Shown: positions 1 to 7,346, counted from the first letter of the stretch. The stretch is 64,000 nt of DNA from an uncultured Clostridia bacterium (GCA_937915925.1 CALGGM010000088.1:2729-66728), one strand, 5' to 3'. Notes: a model not told the origin generated them from the letters alone. Program-made: numbers and translations.

Positions 1-1625
1 TTGATGGAATAACCGTAATGATCCTGTGTGAAATCTTTTACACGAACGAAGAGAATCTCGGATTCTTCCAATGAACCTCCATCAACGAAAACAGGAGAAG
101 ACTGTTCTATCGGTCTTATAGCATTAATGCTTATCCCATTATCAAGTTCAATTACAAATTTACGGACGCTCTTTGGAATTTGTCTAAGTGCTCTATACAG
201 ACGATCGAAATTATTGTCCGCTATTCCGAGCGCGGTTCTTTCAGCTTCATCGGATGAGGCAACCTTAAGACCACCAACTAAATAGTAAAACAATAGTATG
301 GTATTGTTTCTAATCCCTTCTACTTCTTGCCAAGAATTGATATTATGCGTGTGAAAATGCTCATTTCGGCATGAATTAGCATATTGTAATAGCGATACAA
401 TCACATATTCAATTCCAGAAGGTGATATGCGCCAAAAGGAAGTATTCTCCTCCAGAAAGCGCGTTAGTGACTGAAACATCGTATTAAAGTAACGTTCATT
501 CTTATGTATGAACCTGACCCTCCTTTGTTTTGACACCTTCTTCGTTTCGCCATCAAGTTGGAGTTGGGTAATGTCTATTTCTTTGTAATCGTTGGGAAAT
601 TTGCCAATATTACCTTGAAAAGTTGTTGATATCCACAAATCCATTTGATCCGCTTCTTTTAAATACCCGGTAATAATACAATACAACAACTGTTCGACGG
701 ACTTAATATAACCTACAATGATAGAGGTATAGTCAAAACTTCCTCCATGTTTAAAAATATTAAACAAATACTCGCTGGTGATAAAGCATTTTGCAAAGCT
801 TTGTTTTCCGAGCATGGATCGATACAATTTGGACTTTAAGAAACGACTGTCTAGAATAGAATAATCATCATTAGACAGTTTATAAGAAGATTGTTTTGCA
901 GTTGCTTCGATTAAGAAGTGTTTATCCCGATAAACTTCATTTGATAATTGATCGTCTAAGTCAAGTTTGAAATCAGAAAGATAATGCAAAGATAGTGTAG
1001 GTATAGTATCATATCCAATAATCTGAAGAGCTTGTTTAATTGTCTCTGATAGTTCTTTCAAAAAGACATCATATATCTCTGCAGTTAAGTATAGGTTGAA
1101 AAACTCACTTGGTAAGAAGTCATTTACACACGTTGGTCGTTTATTAGCGCTAGCTCTGCATTTATCGTTCCATCGAATAATGATGATTTGATCAACACCG
1201 TATTTAAAGCGTAAACGAAAATGAGAAATGGAACGTGAGCCGATAAAAGAGGTGTAACGGATTCCTATGTGTTTTTCTTTTGTAAATAAAACAAACTCAA
1301 ATGGTATGTTTTCTTCAAAAAAGTCATTTGTACAAGGGGCATAGAGCTTGTTTCCTTTTTGTTCCGGCACTAAGACCGTGTATCCGGAACGAGTGAGTAA
1401 TTCTAAAAGAATCGGTGTAACAAGCATATCACGAATACGACTCTCGAGGATGCTTTCTATTTCTTTATACCTGTAAAAATCGTTATTATCGGGTGTAAAC
1501 AACGAAAACGCTCCTGTTCTTCGAAGACTGATATCCAGAGGATTGAGTATAAAAGAATGATACACAGAATCAAGAAATGTATCTGAATATTCTCTAATAA
1601 TTTCAAGAACAACCGTTTTATCCAT
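1..1625 (-). CDS. Large hypothetical protein with HEPN-like RNxxxH motif; partial, 3' end runs off the window
   Basis: Manual reverse-complement translation is open for 541 codons from ATG 1625-1623 (SD AGGAAAGGAG 6 nt upstream) to the window edge. It is absent from the ORF track because no stop lies in the window. The segment is visibly AT-rich. Motif C-R-N-E-H-F-H is encoded at 351-368, with an upstream helix IVGYIKSVEQLLYCII. Confidence 0.6.
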   Translation of the reverse strand, partial: MDKTVVLEIIREYSDTFLDSVYHSFILNPLDISLRRTGAFSLFTPDNNDFYRYKEIESILESRIRDMLVTPILLELLTRSGYTVLVPEQKGNKLYAPCTNDFFEENIPFEFVLFTKEKHIGIRYTSFIGSRSISHFRLRFKYGVDQIIIIRWNDKCRASANKRPTCVNDFLPSEFFNLYLTAEIYDVFLKELSETIKQALQIIGYDTIPTLSLHYLSDFKLDLDDQLSNEVYRDKHFLIEATAKQSSYKLSNDDYSILDSRFLKSKLYRSMLGKQSFAKCFITSEYLFNIFKHGGSFDYTSIIVGYIKSVEQLLYCIITGYLKEADQMDLWISTTFQGNIGKFPNDYKEIDITQLQLDGETKKVSKQRRVRFIHKNERYFNTMFQSLTRFLEENTSFWRISPSGIEYVIVSLLQYANSCRNEHFHTHNINSWQEVEGIRNNTILLFYYLVGGLKVASSDEAERTALGIADNNFDRLYRALRQIPKSVRKFVIELDNGISINAIRPIEQSSPVFVDGGSLEESEILFVRVKDFTQDHYGYSI

Positions 1626-1713
1626 AAGCAACTCCTTTCCTGAGCCAATTAACTAGTCTTTATGAAAAAGGCACATAACCATAAAGATTATATGCCCTGA
1701 CGTTGGGCAAGGA

Positions 1714-1893
1714 TCAGTGAATACTATTCAGCATACTACTGGTTCCCTTGCAAGCATCCATTTCAGCAACGAATGCTTCCTTTGCGTCTTTGCGGTCAAT
1801 CTTCGATACAAGAATGACCATTGAAGTCGCAAAGCCACAGGACAGAACAAAGAAACCCAATCCGAGCCAGTTGATTCGTCCAGAATGCTCCAT
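1714..1893 (-). CDS. Small single-pass membrane protein (59 aa), hypothetical
   Basis: An internal ATG of the 76-aa track ORF is preceded by GAAAGGAGG. It encodes MEHSGRINWLGLGFFVLSCGFATSMVILV... with one hydrophobic helix and sits just upstream of the HEPN-motif ORF on the same strand. Confidence 0.4.
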   Translation of the reverse strand: MEHSGRINWLGLGFFVLSCGFATSMVILVSKIDRKDAKEAFVAEMDACKGTSSMLNSIH

Positions 1894-2109
1894 CTGATTA
1901 CCTCCTTTCTTCGAAAATTGCCTATGTGTGAAGTAAAAGCCCAAACATAGACTTTTCAGATAATAATAGTAAGGAATCAGATGGTATCCTTGTTCATCCT
2001 AACGTCAAAATTATTATATACCTGTCTTTACGTAATATCAAGGGGGACAGAACTTTGAGAATAAAGAAGGATTTTGGCATGGTAGAAAAACGTATCGATA
2101 TTAAGGTGT

Positions 2110-2150
2110 GTCCGATCCAAGAGTGTTTTCTTGGATCGGACATTTTTATT
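2110..2150. terminator. Stem-loop (12-bp stem GTCCGATCCAAG/CTTGGATCGGAC) followed by ATTTTTATT
   Basis: Perfect inverted repeat 2110-2141 with a T-run on the plus strand, abutting the stop of the 2150-3145 gene. The U-tract orientation fits the plus strand better than the minus-strand gene. Confidence 0.4.
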
Positions 2151-3145
2151 CAATCATCCAAATGATCAATCGCGTACTGTGCTTCTTCTGCGGTGAATTT
2201 CTCACCGTAGGCAGACGTCAACTGGCTCTTAATGGCAGAGGCGGACATGTGCAGATTGTCGCGGTAGCTTTTTGCGGTGGCTAAAGCGTTGGCTTTCCAA
2301 TCCGCTTTGACGTGATCGACGGCGTATTGGGCTTCCTCGGCCGTGAATTGCTCCCCGTATTCGCTGGTGAGCTGATCGTAGATGCGCGCTTTGGACATGT
2401 GCATGGTATCGCTGTAGGATTGCGCCGTTTTCAGGGCATTCTCTTTCCAGTTCGCCTTTACATGATCGATCGCGTACTGTGCCGCGTCCTCGGAGAACCC
2501 TTCACCGTATGGACTGGTCAGCTGGTGATAGAGCCGCGCCTTTGACATGTGCATCCAATCCACATACGTCTGCGCCGAAGCAAGCGCGTTTTTATACTCC
2601 TTTGGTGTCGGATCTTCCGTAGGCGTGGGCGTCGGTTTTTTCGTCGGCTTCGGCGTTGCAGTCGGTTTCGGCGTAGCTGTTGGTTTTGACGTCGGGGCTT
2701 TGGTAGGCTGTGTTTCGGATATCCTGTCAGTCGCAGTAACTGTCGGCGGTCTTGTTGTCTGCACCGTTGCCGTTGCTTCCTTCGTGCTGTTTCTCGGAAG
2801 GATCACGAACAGGCACACGGCGACGATCATACAGGTCAGTAGGATCTTCCAAACCGGTTTCAGCCGTTCCGCCTTCCAGATGGCGATAATGCCCATGATC
2901 GGCGTGAAGAAGATCCACAGTAGCACCCTGCCAAATGTGACTTTTTTCTTCGGTTCTTCCGGCGGCATTGTCCAACGTTCTCCCCGCGTGTCCATACCTG
3001 CAGGCGTTCCGCAATTCGAGCAGAAGCTGCCCGTGAATTCGGTTCCGCATTTGCTGCACCGATGCACAAAAGTATTGCCTCCGCAGGCGGTGCAAAAGGC
3101 ATTTCCGTCATTGTTTTCAGTTCCGCAGTTTTTACAGATTTTCAT
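2150..3145 (-). CDS. Zinc-ribbon / transmembrane / Pro-Thr linker / three Ltp-like repeats protein (phage superinfection-exclusion Ltp family-like)
   Basis: The N-terminus has paired CxxC motifs (CKNCG..CTACG..CSKCG..CSNCG), then one TM helix and a KPTATP tandem repeat linker. Three ~48-aa repeats follow (NALxxAxxY...MHMSKxxIYxQLTSxYGExFTxEEAQYAxDH), typical of the Ltp lipoprotein domain. Confidence 0.85.
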   Translation of the reverse strand: MKICKNCGTENNDGNAFCTACGGNTFVHRCSKCGTEFTGSFCSNCGTPAGMDTRGERWTMPPEEPKKKVTFGRVLLWIFFTPIMGIIAIWKAERLKPVWKILLTCMIVAVCLFVILPRNSTKEATATVQTTRPPTVTATDRISETQPTKAPTSKPTATPKPTATPKPTKKPTPTPTEDPTPKEYKNALASAQTYVDWMHMSKARLYHQLTSPYGEGFSEDAAQYAIDHVKANWKENALKTAQSYSDTMHMSKARIYDQLTSEYGEQFTAEEAQYAVDHVKADWKANALATAKSYRDNLHMSASAIKSQLTSAYGEKFTAEEAQYAIDHLDD

Positions 3146-3163
3146 GTTGTTTCCTCCTAATCT

Positions 3164-3982
3164 TCATTCGATCGTGATGCTGCCGCTTTGCTTTGCGTTC
3201 ATCAGCAGGGGCAGAATAAAGTCCTTAGAGACGGCATAGAACCGATTGAACCGCAAGTATTCATTTCGGTATTTCTCCATGATAATATCCATCAGTTCCC
3301 AAAGTTCAAAAACCACTGCCTGACTATGCACGCAGACGCCTACTTCCCGACATGTGCAGGTTAGCGCTCTGCCGGTTCCGTTTTTGTCCATGCGGAAACG
3401 GACTTCATACGGCTGATCGTCCACCACAATGGCGTAACCGTTGCCGTTCTCAAGCGAGAGATACTTGACTTTGTTTTTCCGAAAATACTCATTGTGCGCC
3501 TTCATGCCGAATTCGTAATTGACGCCGGTGGTAAAGGGATCGCTGATTTGGAAGGTCTCTGTTCCTTCGCCGATCAACAGGTCACCCTTCTCTTCGGGTA
3601 CTCCAAACCAGCTTTTGACTTGTTTGATTGAAAGCGCTCTTGCTCTGAATTCGATCAGATGGGACGTGCTGAAATACAGCTTGCTTGGCTTGTTGAACGC
3701 AACTACGCATCTGATCTGCTCGTATTCGTCCGCCTTGATGCGAAATGTATGGCTTACCTTTCGCACTTGTCCACACTTGCCTGTCATTGCTCCTTCGACG
3801 AATACCGTATCTCCTTCTTCCAGATTGAATCGTTCGGTATAGTAGGGGAGCGAGACGTCTTCCTCATAAAAGTACACTTCTGCCACAGATGGCTGCACCG
3901 AGTTCTGCTTAGGCGGCACAGGGTTCAACTGCCCGTCCACATCTTTCATGACTCCGTCGTGAATTGTTTCGTTTGTTTCCAT
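3164..3982 (-). CDS. SWIM zinc-finger-like protein, hypothetical
   Basis: Start moved to the internal ATG (METNETIHDG) with SD GGAAAGAGGTG. A C-terminal CTCREVGVCVH (CxC-x5-CxH) resembles a SWIM finger. The gene lies 18 nt upstream of the Ltp-like gene on the same strand. Confidence 0.7.
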   Translation of the reverse strand: METNETIHDGVMKDVDGQLNPVPPKQNSVQPSVAEVYFYEEDVSLPYYTERFNLEEGDTVFVEGAMTGKCGQVRKVSHTFRIKADEYEQIRCVVAFNKPSKLYFSTSHLIEFRARALSIKQVKSWFGVPEEKGDLLIGEGTETFQISDPFTTGVNYEFGMKAHNEYFRKNKVKYLSLENGNGYAIVVDDQPYEVRFRMDKNGTGRALTCTCREVGVCVHSQAVVFELWELMDIIMEKYRNEYLRFNRFYAVSKDFILPLLMNAKQSGSITIE

Positions 3983-4020
3983 TGCATTCACCTCTTTCCT
4001 TTGATTGTCGTTTTTTCTGT

Positions 4021-4134
4021 TTAGCTGTTGTTGCGCAAGTACCGGACAAGAATCCAGATCAGCCACAGTCCATCCGTCGCGCAGATCAGAAACAGATCCA
4101 CCAACGTGCCAAAGCAGCTTTGTCTTCTTGCCAT
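4021..4134 (-). CDS. 37-aa hydrophobic peptide (MARRQSCFGTLVDLFLICATDGLWLIWILVRYLRNNS), hypothetical
   Basis: Below the track length cutoff. GAGGAGGTGA SD lies 4 nt before the ATG, and the ORF is first in the SWIM/Ltp operon. Confidence 0.35.
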   Translation of the reverse strand: MARRQSCFGTLVDLFLICATDGLWLIWILVRYLRNNS

Positions 4135-4252
4135 GCCATCACCTCCTCTGCAGGCATCCATATAGGGAACATGATTTTTACGCGAGAGCGAACGCCCTCG
4201 CGCGACTACTCATAAGAGAAGATGATTTCTACGCGAATACAGACAAGATTTC

Positions 4253-4373
4253 AATGTCTTGTTTTCTGCCTTGAATGTCCTGTTTGCTTAGGACAATGTC
4301 TTGTTTTCTGCTTTCAATGTCCTGTTTACTCGCGTCAATGTCTTGTTTTCTGCTTGAATGTCCTGTTTGCATC
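4253..4373 (+). repeat. Six direct 21-bp iterons, core AATGTCYTGTTTKC
   Basis: Core starts at 4253, 4274, 4295, 4316, 4337 and 4357 (spacing 21,21,21,21,20), alternating AATGTCTTGTTTTCTGC and AATGTCCTGTTTGCT, all in one orientation. Confidence 0.85.
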
Positions 4374-4428
4374 GCCTGCCGCGCGGTTTTATGTGCCGGA
4401 GATCGCAGGGGTTCAAGGATTCGATCTT

Positions 4429-4467
4429 TTAACCCCCAATAATATGAATTGACAAAAGGGGTTAAAT
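4429..4467. repeat. Hairpin TTAACCCC...GGGGTTAA containing GACAAAAGGGGTTAAAT (left copy of a 17-nt direct repeat)
   Basis: The 17-mer at 4451-4467 is identical to 6413-6429. Both copies pair with an upstream TTTAACCCC arm. Confidence 0.7.
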
Positions 4468-4539
4468 GGGGGCAAAGCATTTGAAATGAGGGAAAGCGAA
4501 ACGATATTGCAAGCTGGAAAACGAAAAATATAAAACAAA

Positions 4540-4608
4540 TTCGCAGAAATTGTTAAAACAAAAGTGCAGAAAAAACTAAAATAAAAGTTGCGAAATAATT
4601 AAAATGAG
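4540..4608 (+). repeat. Three ~23-bp A-rich direct repeats (GCAGAAA-N-TAAAA-N-AAAG) in an AT-rich spacer
   Basis: TTCGCAGAAATTGTTAAAACAAAAG / TGCAGAAAAAACTAAAATAAAAG / TTGCGAAATAATTAAAATGAG, read directly from the sequence. Confidence 0.6.
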
Positions 4609-4683
4609 ATATGTACATGAGGGATATCCTGATAATAGAAACGCGGCAAAGCTCGAGGCGCTGCTTCGGGCTTTGATCGTATC

Positions 4684-4742
4684 AATGTCTCGTTTTCCAC
4701 CTTGAATGTCCTGTTTGCTCGGGGCAATGTCTTGTTTTCTCT
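4684..4742 (+). repeat. Second iteron cluster: three more 21-bp AATGTCYYGTTT repeats
   Basis: Cores start at 4684, 4705 and 4726. A degenerate copy (GTTGTCTTGTTTAAT) lies at ~4766. Confidence 0.8.
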
Positions 4743-4788
4743 CAAGGCGCATTCATTTTCGCTCTGTTGTCTTGTTTAATAAAGAAAT

Positions 4789-4892
4789 TATACCTTAACG
4801 GGTATAATTATATAGATATACTATTATAATATACCCGATGTGGTATAAAACCGAAGGAAAGAGTTGACAATATACCCGATGAGGTATAAAAT
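4789..4892 (+). promoter_or_regulatory. Three palindromic operators TATACC-N6-GGTATA plus a sigma-A-like promoter of the hip operon
   Basis: Operators at 4789-4806, 4830-4847 and 4871-4888 are exactly 41 bp apart. TTGACA lies at 4864-4869 and TAAAAT at 4887-4892 (17-nt spacer), overlapping operator 3. This resembles the E. coli HipB operator TATCC-N8-GGATA. Confidence 0.65.
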
Positions 4893-4898
4893 TGGTTT

Positions 4899-5102
4899 AT
4901 GAAAAACATTGGAGCATTTATCAAAGAAAACAGAAAAGCTGCTGGGCTGACGCAGGAAGAATTTGCCGTGCGTGCAGGGCTCGGACTGCGCTTTGTCCGT
5001 GATCTGGAGCAAGGCAAAGAAACGGTACGGATGGACAAGGTCAATCAAGCGCTTGCCATGTTCGGCATGAAAGCAGTGCCGGGAAAGGCGGATGACGAAT
5101 GA
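4899..5102 (+). CDS. hipB: Xre-type HTH regulator, HipB-like
   Basis: 67 aa with an HTH segment (AGLTQEEFAVRAGLGLRFVRDLEQG). Its stop overlaps the next start (ATGA). Confidence 0.85.
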   Translation: MKNIGAFIKENRKAAGLTQEEFAVRAGLGLRFVRDLEQGKETVRMDKVNQALAMFGMKAVPGKADDE

Positions 5103-5428
5103 GTGCGTATCGAAAAGCGGCGGTCTATGTGCGCGATCGTCTTGCCGGGTTCCTCTCCGAAACGGACAGCGGGTATCGGTTCGCGTATGACGCGGCGTAT
5201 CTGACCTTGCCCGACGCCCAAGCAATTTCTCTGACCCTTCCGCTGCGGGAAGCGTCGTATGAATCGAACGTCCTGTTTCCATTCTTCGACGGGCTGATTC
5301 CGGAGGGGTGGCTTTTGCATATCGTGAGCAAAAACTGGAAGCTGGATCAGAACGACCGCTTCGGACTGCTATTGGTTGCCTGCAAGGATTGTATCGGCGC
5401 GCTGCGGATCGAGGAGGCGGAACAATGA
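5099..5428 (+). CDS. hipS: HipA N-terminal-subdomain protein (HipS-like)
   Basis: 109 aa: AAVYVRDRLAGFLSE..YRFAYD...SLTLPL....FPFFDGLIPEGW, the pattern of the HipA N-terminal (Couple_hipA) domain encoded as a separate polypeptide. ATGA overlaps at both ends. Confidence 0.8.
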   Translation: MSAYRKAAVYVRDRLAGFLSETDSGYRFAYDAAYLTLPDAQAISLTLPLREASYESNVLFPFFDGLIPEGWLLHIVSKNWKLDQNDRFGLLLVACKDCIGALRIEEAEQ

Positions 5429-6381
5429 AGTGTTTATGCTGCGGAAAACCGATCCTGCCGGAAGAAAGCAACTGCGGTTGGCATACGCGCTGTATTCGCA
5501 AGTTCTTCGGAACGGAGACGCTGCCCGAACTGGATTTAAGCGAAGAAGCGCTTGCCTCGTATGTGACGGAATCGGTGTTCAAGGGTCTGACTGTACCGGG
5601 CGTGCAGCGGAAAATGTCGCTGCATCTGGATCGGCAGGATGCGCCACGGCTGACGCTGGTAAACTATCCGACCGGTTATATATTGAAGCCGCAGACGCCG
5701 GAATACCGCAATCTTCCGGAGGCCGAAGATCTTGCCATGCGAATCGCGGAGACAGCGGGCGTAAAGACCGTGCCGCACGCACTGCTTCGGATGAACGGAC
5801 AGTTTGCGTATATCACAAAGCGTATCGATCGGAAGATCACCGGCGAACAGCGGGTTCGCGTGCAAAAGTACGCGATGGAGGACTTTTGCCAACTGGATGA
5901 AAGATTGACCGCAGATAAGTATCGCGGCTCCTATGAGCGCTGTGCAAAGATCGTTTCCCGATATTCCGTGCGGACGGGCTTGGATCTATCCGAGCTGTTC
6001 CTGCGGCTGGTCGTTTCGTTTGTCACGGGCAATTCGGATATGCATCTCAAGAACTTCTCGCTGATCGAACCCTCGCCGGGCAGCGGCGCATTCGTTCTGT
6101 CCTCTGCGTACGACCTGCTTCCGGTCAATCTGGTGCTGCCGGAGGATCGGGAGGAGTTTGCGCTGACGATGAATGGAAAGAAATCGAATCTTCGTCGAAA
6201 TGACTTCCTGCATTTCGCAGAACAGTGCGGCGTCGGTAAAGCAGCAGCGGAGAAGATCATCAAAAAGGTGCTTGCAGCCGAGGAAGACTATCTGACACTA
6301 TGCGACGATTCCTATTTGCCGCAGGATATGAAAGACGCGCTGAAAGAACTGATCCGCTCGCGCTGCGCGCGGCTGAAATAG
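5425..6381 (+). CDS. hipT: HipA-family Ser/Thr kinase core (HipT-like toxin) with N-terminal Cys-rich ribbon
   Basis: Start at MKCLCCGKP, overlapping the hipS stop. Contains GVQRKMS and the catalytic-loop-like GNSDMHLKNFS typical of HipA_C. The track ORF start at 5308 is rejected as an upstream extension. Confidence 0.85.
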   Translation: MKCLCCGKPILPEESNCGWHTRCIRKFFGTETLPELDLSEEALASYVTESVFKGLTVPGVQRKMSLHLDRQDAPRLTLVNYPTGYILKPQTPEYRNLPEAEDLAMRIAETAGVKTVPHALLRMNGQFAYITKRIDRKITGEQRVRVQKYAMEDFCQLDERLTADKYRGSYERCAKIVSRYSVRTGLDLSELFLRLVVSFVTGNSDMHLKNFSLIEPSPGSGAFVLSSAYDLLPVNLVLPEDREEFALTMNGKKSNLRRNDFLHFAEQCGVGKAAAEKIIKKVLAAEEDYLTLCDDSYLPQDMKDALKELIRSRCARLK

Positions 6382-6390
6382 AGCATAAAG

Positions 6391-6429
6391 TTTAACCCCT
6401 TTTGACTCATCGGACAAAAGGGGTTAAAT
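6391..6429. terminator. 14-bp perfect hairpin TTTAACCCCTTTTG/CAAAAGGGGTTAAA between convergent hipT and tnpV
   Basis: Inverted repeat 6391-6404 / 6415-6428. It contains the right copy of the 17-nt direct repeat. Confidence 0.6.
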
Positions 6430-6453
6430 ACTGTTTATAACTGTTTTATTCCG

Positions 6454-6807
6454 CTATTCTCCGTAGACCACTTCCCGGATGACAATCTCCTCCGCGCGGG
6501 CGCGGAGGCTGTTCATGCGGCGGACCCATTCCATCTGGTTCTCGGCTCTCAGGCGCTCGGTGACGCCTTCCAAAGGTGCCATTTTAGAAACCGTGGCTTC
6601 GATCTGCTCCCTTGCCGTGCGGTCGATCTCCAGAAGATGCTCTGTCAGTTTGCCGGAGAGGACGAGGACGGTCAGGGTGCCGTCGTGCCGTTGCTCCAGG
6701 AAACGCTTCCGCATCCTGCCGTACTTGCCGATGGAGACGTCGGGCGCGGGATCGAGGACCAGGTTCGGGACCTGAAAGTTGCCGACCGTGGTATATGTGA
6801 CGTTCAT
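6454..6807 (-). CDS. tnpV: Transposon-associated TnpV family protein
   Basis: Start at MNVTYTTVGNFQVPNL with SD AAAGGAGGT. The sequence (..GKYGRMRKRFLEQ..SGKLTEHLLEIDRTAREQ..ENQMEWVRRMNSLRARAEEIV..VYGE) matches the TnpV pattern of clostridial mobilisable transposons. Confidence 0.85.
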   Translation of the reverse strand: MNVTYTTVGNFQVPNLVLDPAPDVSIGKYGRMRKRFLEQRHDGTLTVLVLSGKLTEHLLEIDRTAREQIEATVSKMAPLEGVTERLRAENQMEWVRRMNSLRARAEEIVIREVVYGE

Positions 6808-6925
6808 TTCGATACCTCCTTTAATGAATCCGATGCAGCGGACGCGGGATCTGCGACCGGAAGACCGTGACCTGCGTCCCGAGCAGGATCGGAAGATGGG
6901 TTTTTGCGAATTCAACTAGATCCGT

Positions 6926-6967
6926 CGCCGCTACCATTCAGAAAAGCCCGAGAATTCGGGCTTTTTT
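6926..6967 (+). other. tRNA acceptor-end-like core CGCCGCTACCA plus rho-independent terminator (GCCCGA-gaat-TCGGGC-T6)
   Basis: Paralogous to 48232-48271, with the same 11-mer, AGAAAA, CCGAGAAnTCGGGC and T-run. This copy has no T-arm. Confidence 0.5.
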
Positions 6968-7122
6968 CGTACTCTGCTTTTTGTAAAAACAATCCATTTT
7001 TATGCTCGTTTGGGGGTTTGACAACATTTTACAACAGATCCGATCGTCAAGAAGGTTTATACTATGGGTCTTCAAGAAAAAAACAGCCGGTAAAAGGTTG
7101 GTTTAAAGTGATAAGGAACTAA

Positions 7123-7248
7123 TCAAAACTAATTATTGGCCTTGCCATCGTCAAGCTGATCACAGAGCTTCATAATGGAACAGTTTCCGTGAGCAGCGGA
7201 AATGGGAGCACAACATTTACCGTGGTACTCCCCAAAATCCATAACTGA
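7123..7248 (+). pseudogene. 3' remnant of a sensor histidine kinase gene (last ~36 codons)
   Basis: In-frame ..IGLAIVKLITELHNGTVSVSSGNGSTTFTVVLPKIHN* is the G2-box/C-terminal end of a HATPase domain (compare GVGLAIVKKIVDLHNGEVTV..TTFAVSLP of the intact HK at 18132-19199). No upstream kinase sequence is present. Confidence 0.65.
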
Positions 7249-7255
7249 AGACTCT

Positions 7256-7291
7256 GTGATTTCGTTTCAGTTTAGATTGGTCAGGTAAAGT
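7256..7291 (+). promoter_or_regulatory. Shared promoter element copy 1: GATTTCGTTTCA-GTTTAGA-N9-TAAAGT
   Basis: One of five copies. The -10-like hexamer starts exactly 16 nt after the G of GTTTAGA. Lies upstream of the lipid kinase gene. Confidence 0.55.
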
Positions 7292-7346
7292 CCATCATGT
7301 AAATGTAGTTCTCTTTCCTTGTTGGAGAAAGGAAGTTTTGGTCAAT

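Noticed and set aside
28-285. 85-aa plus-strand ORF at the left edge
   Set aside because: It lies antisense within the continuous 541-codon minus-strand ORF and has no SD.
4005-4480. Track ORFs 4005-4274, 4222-4452 (+) and 4229-4480 (-)
   Set aside because: Their periodic QCLVFC / KQDI sequences are translation artefacts of the 21-bp iterons.
4253-4742. Possible CRISPR array, suggested by regularly spaced direct repeats
   Set aside because: The repeats are contiguous 21-bp units with no unique spacers, and two sequence variants alternate. No cas genes or leader are present. They are better described as iterons or operator arrays.
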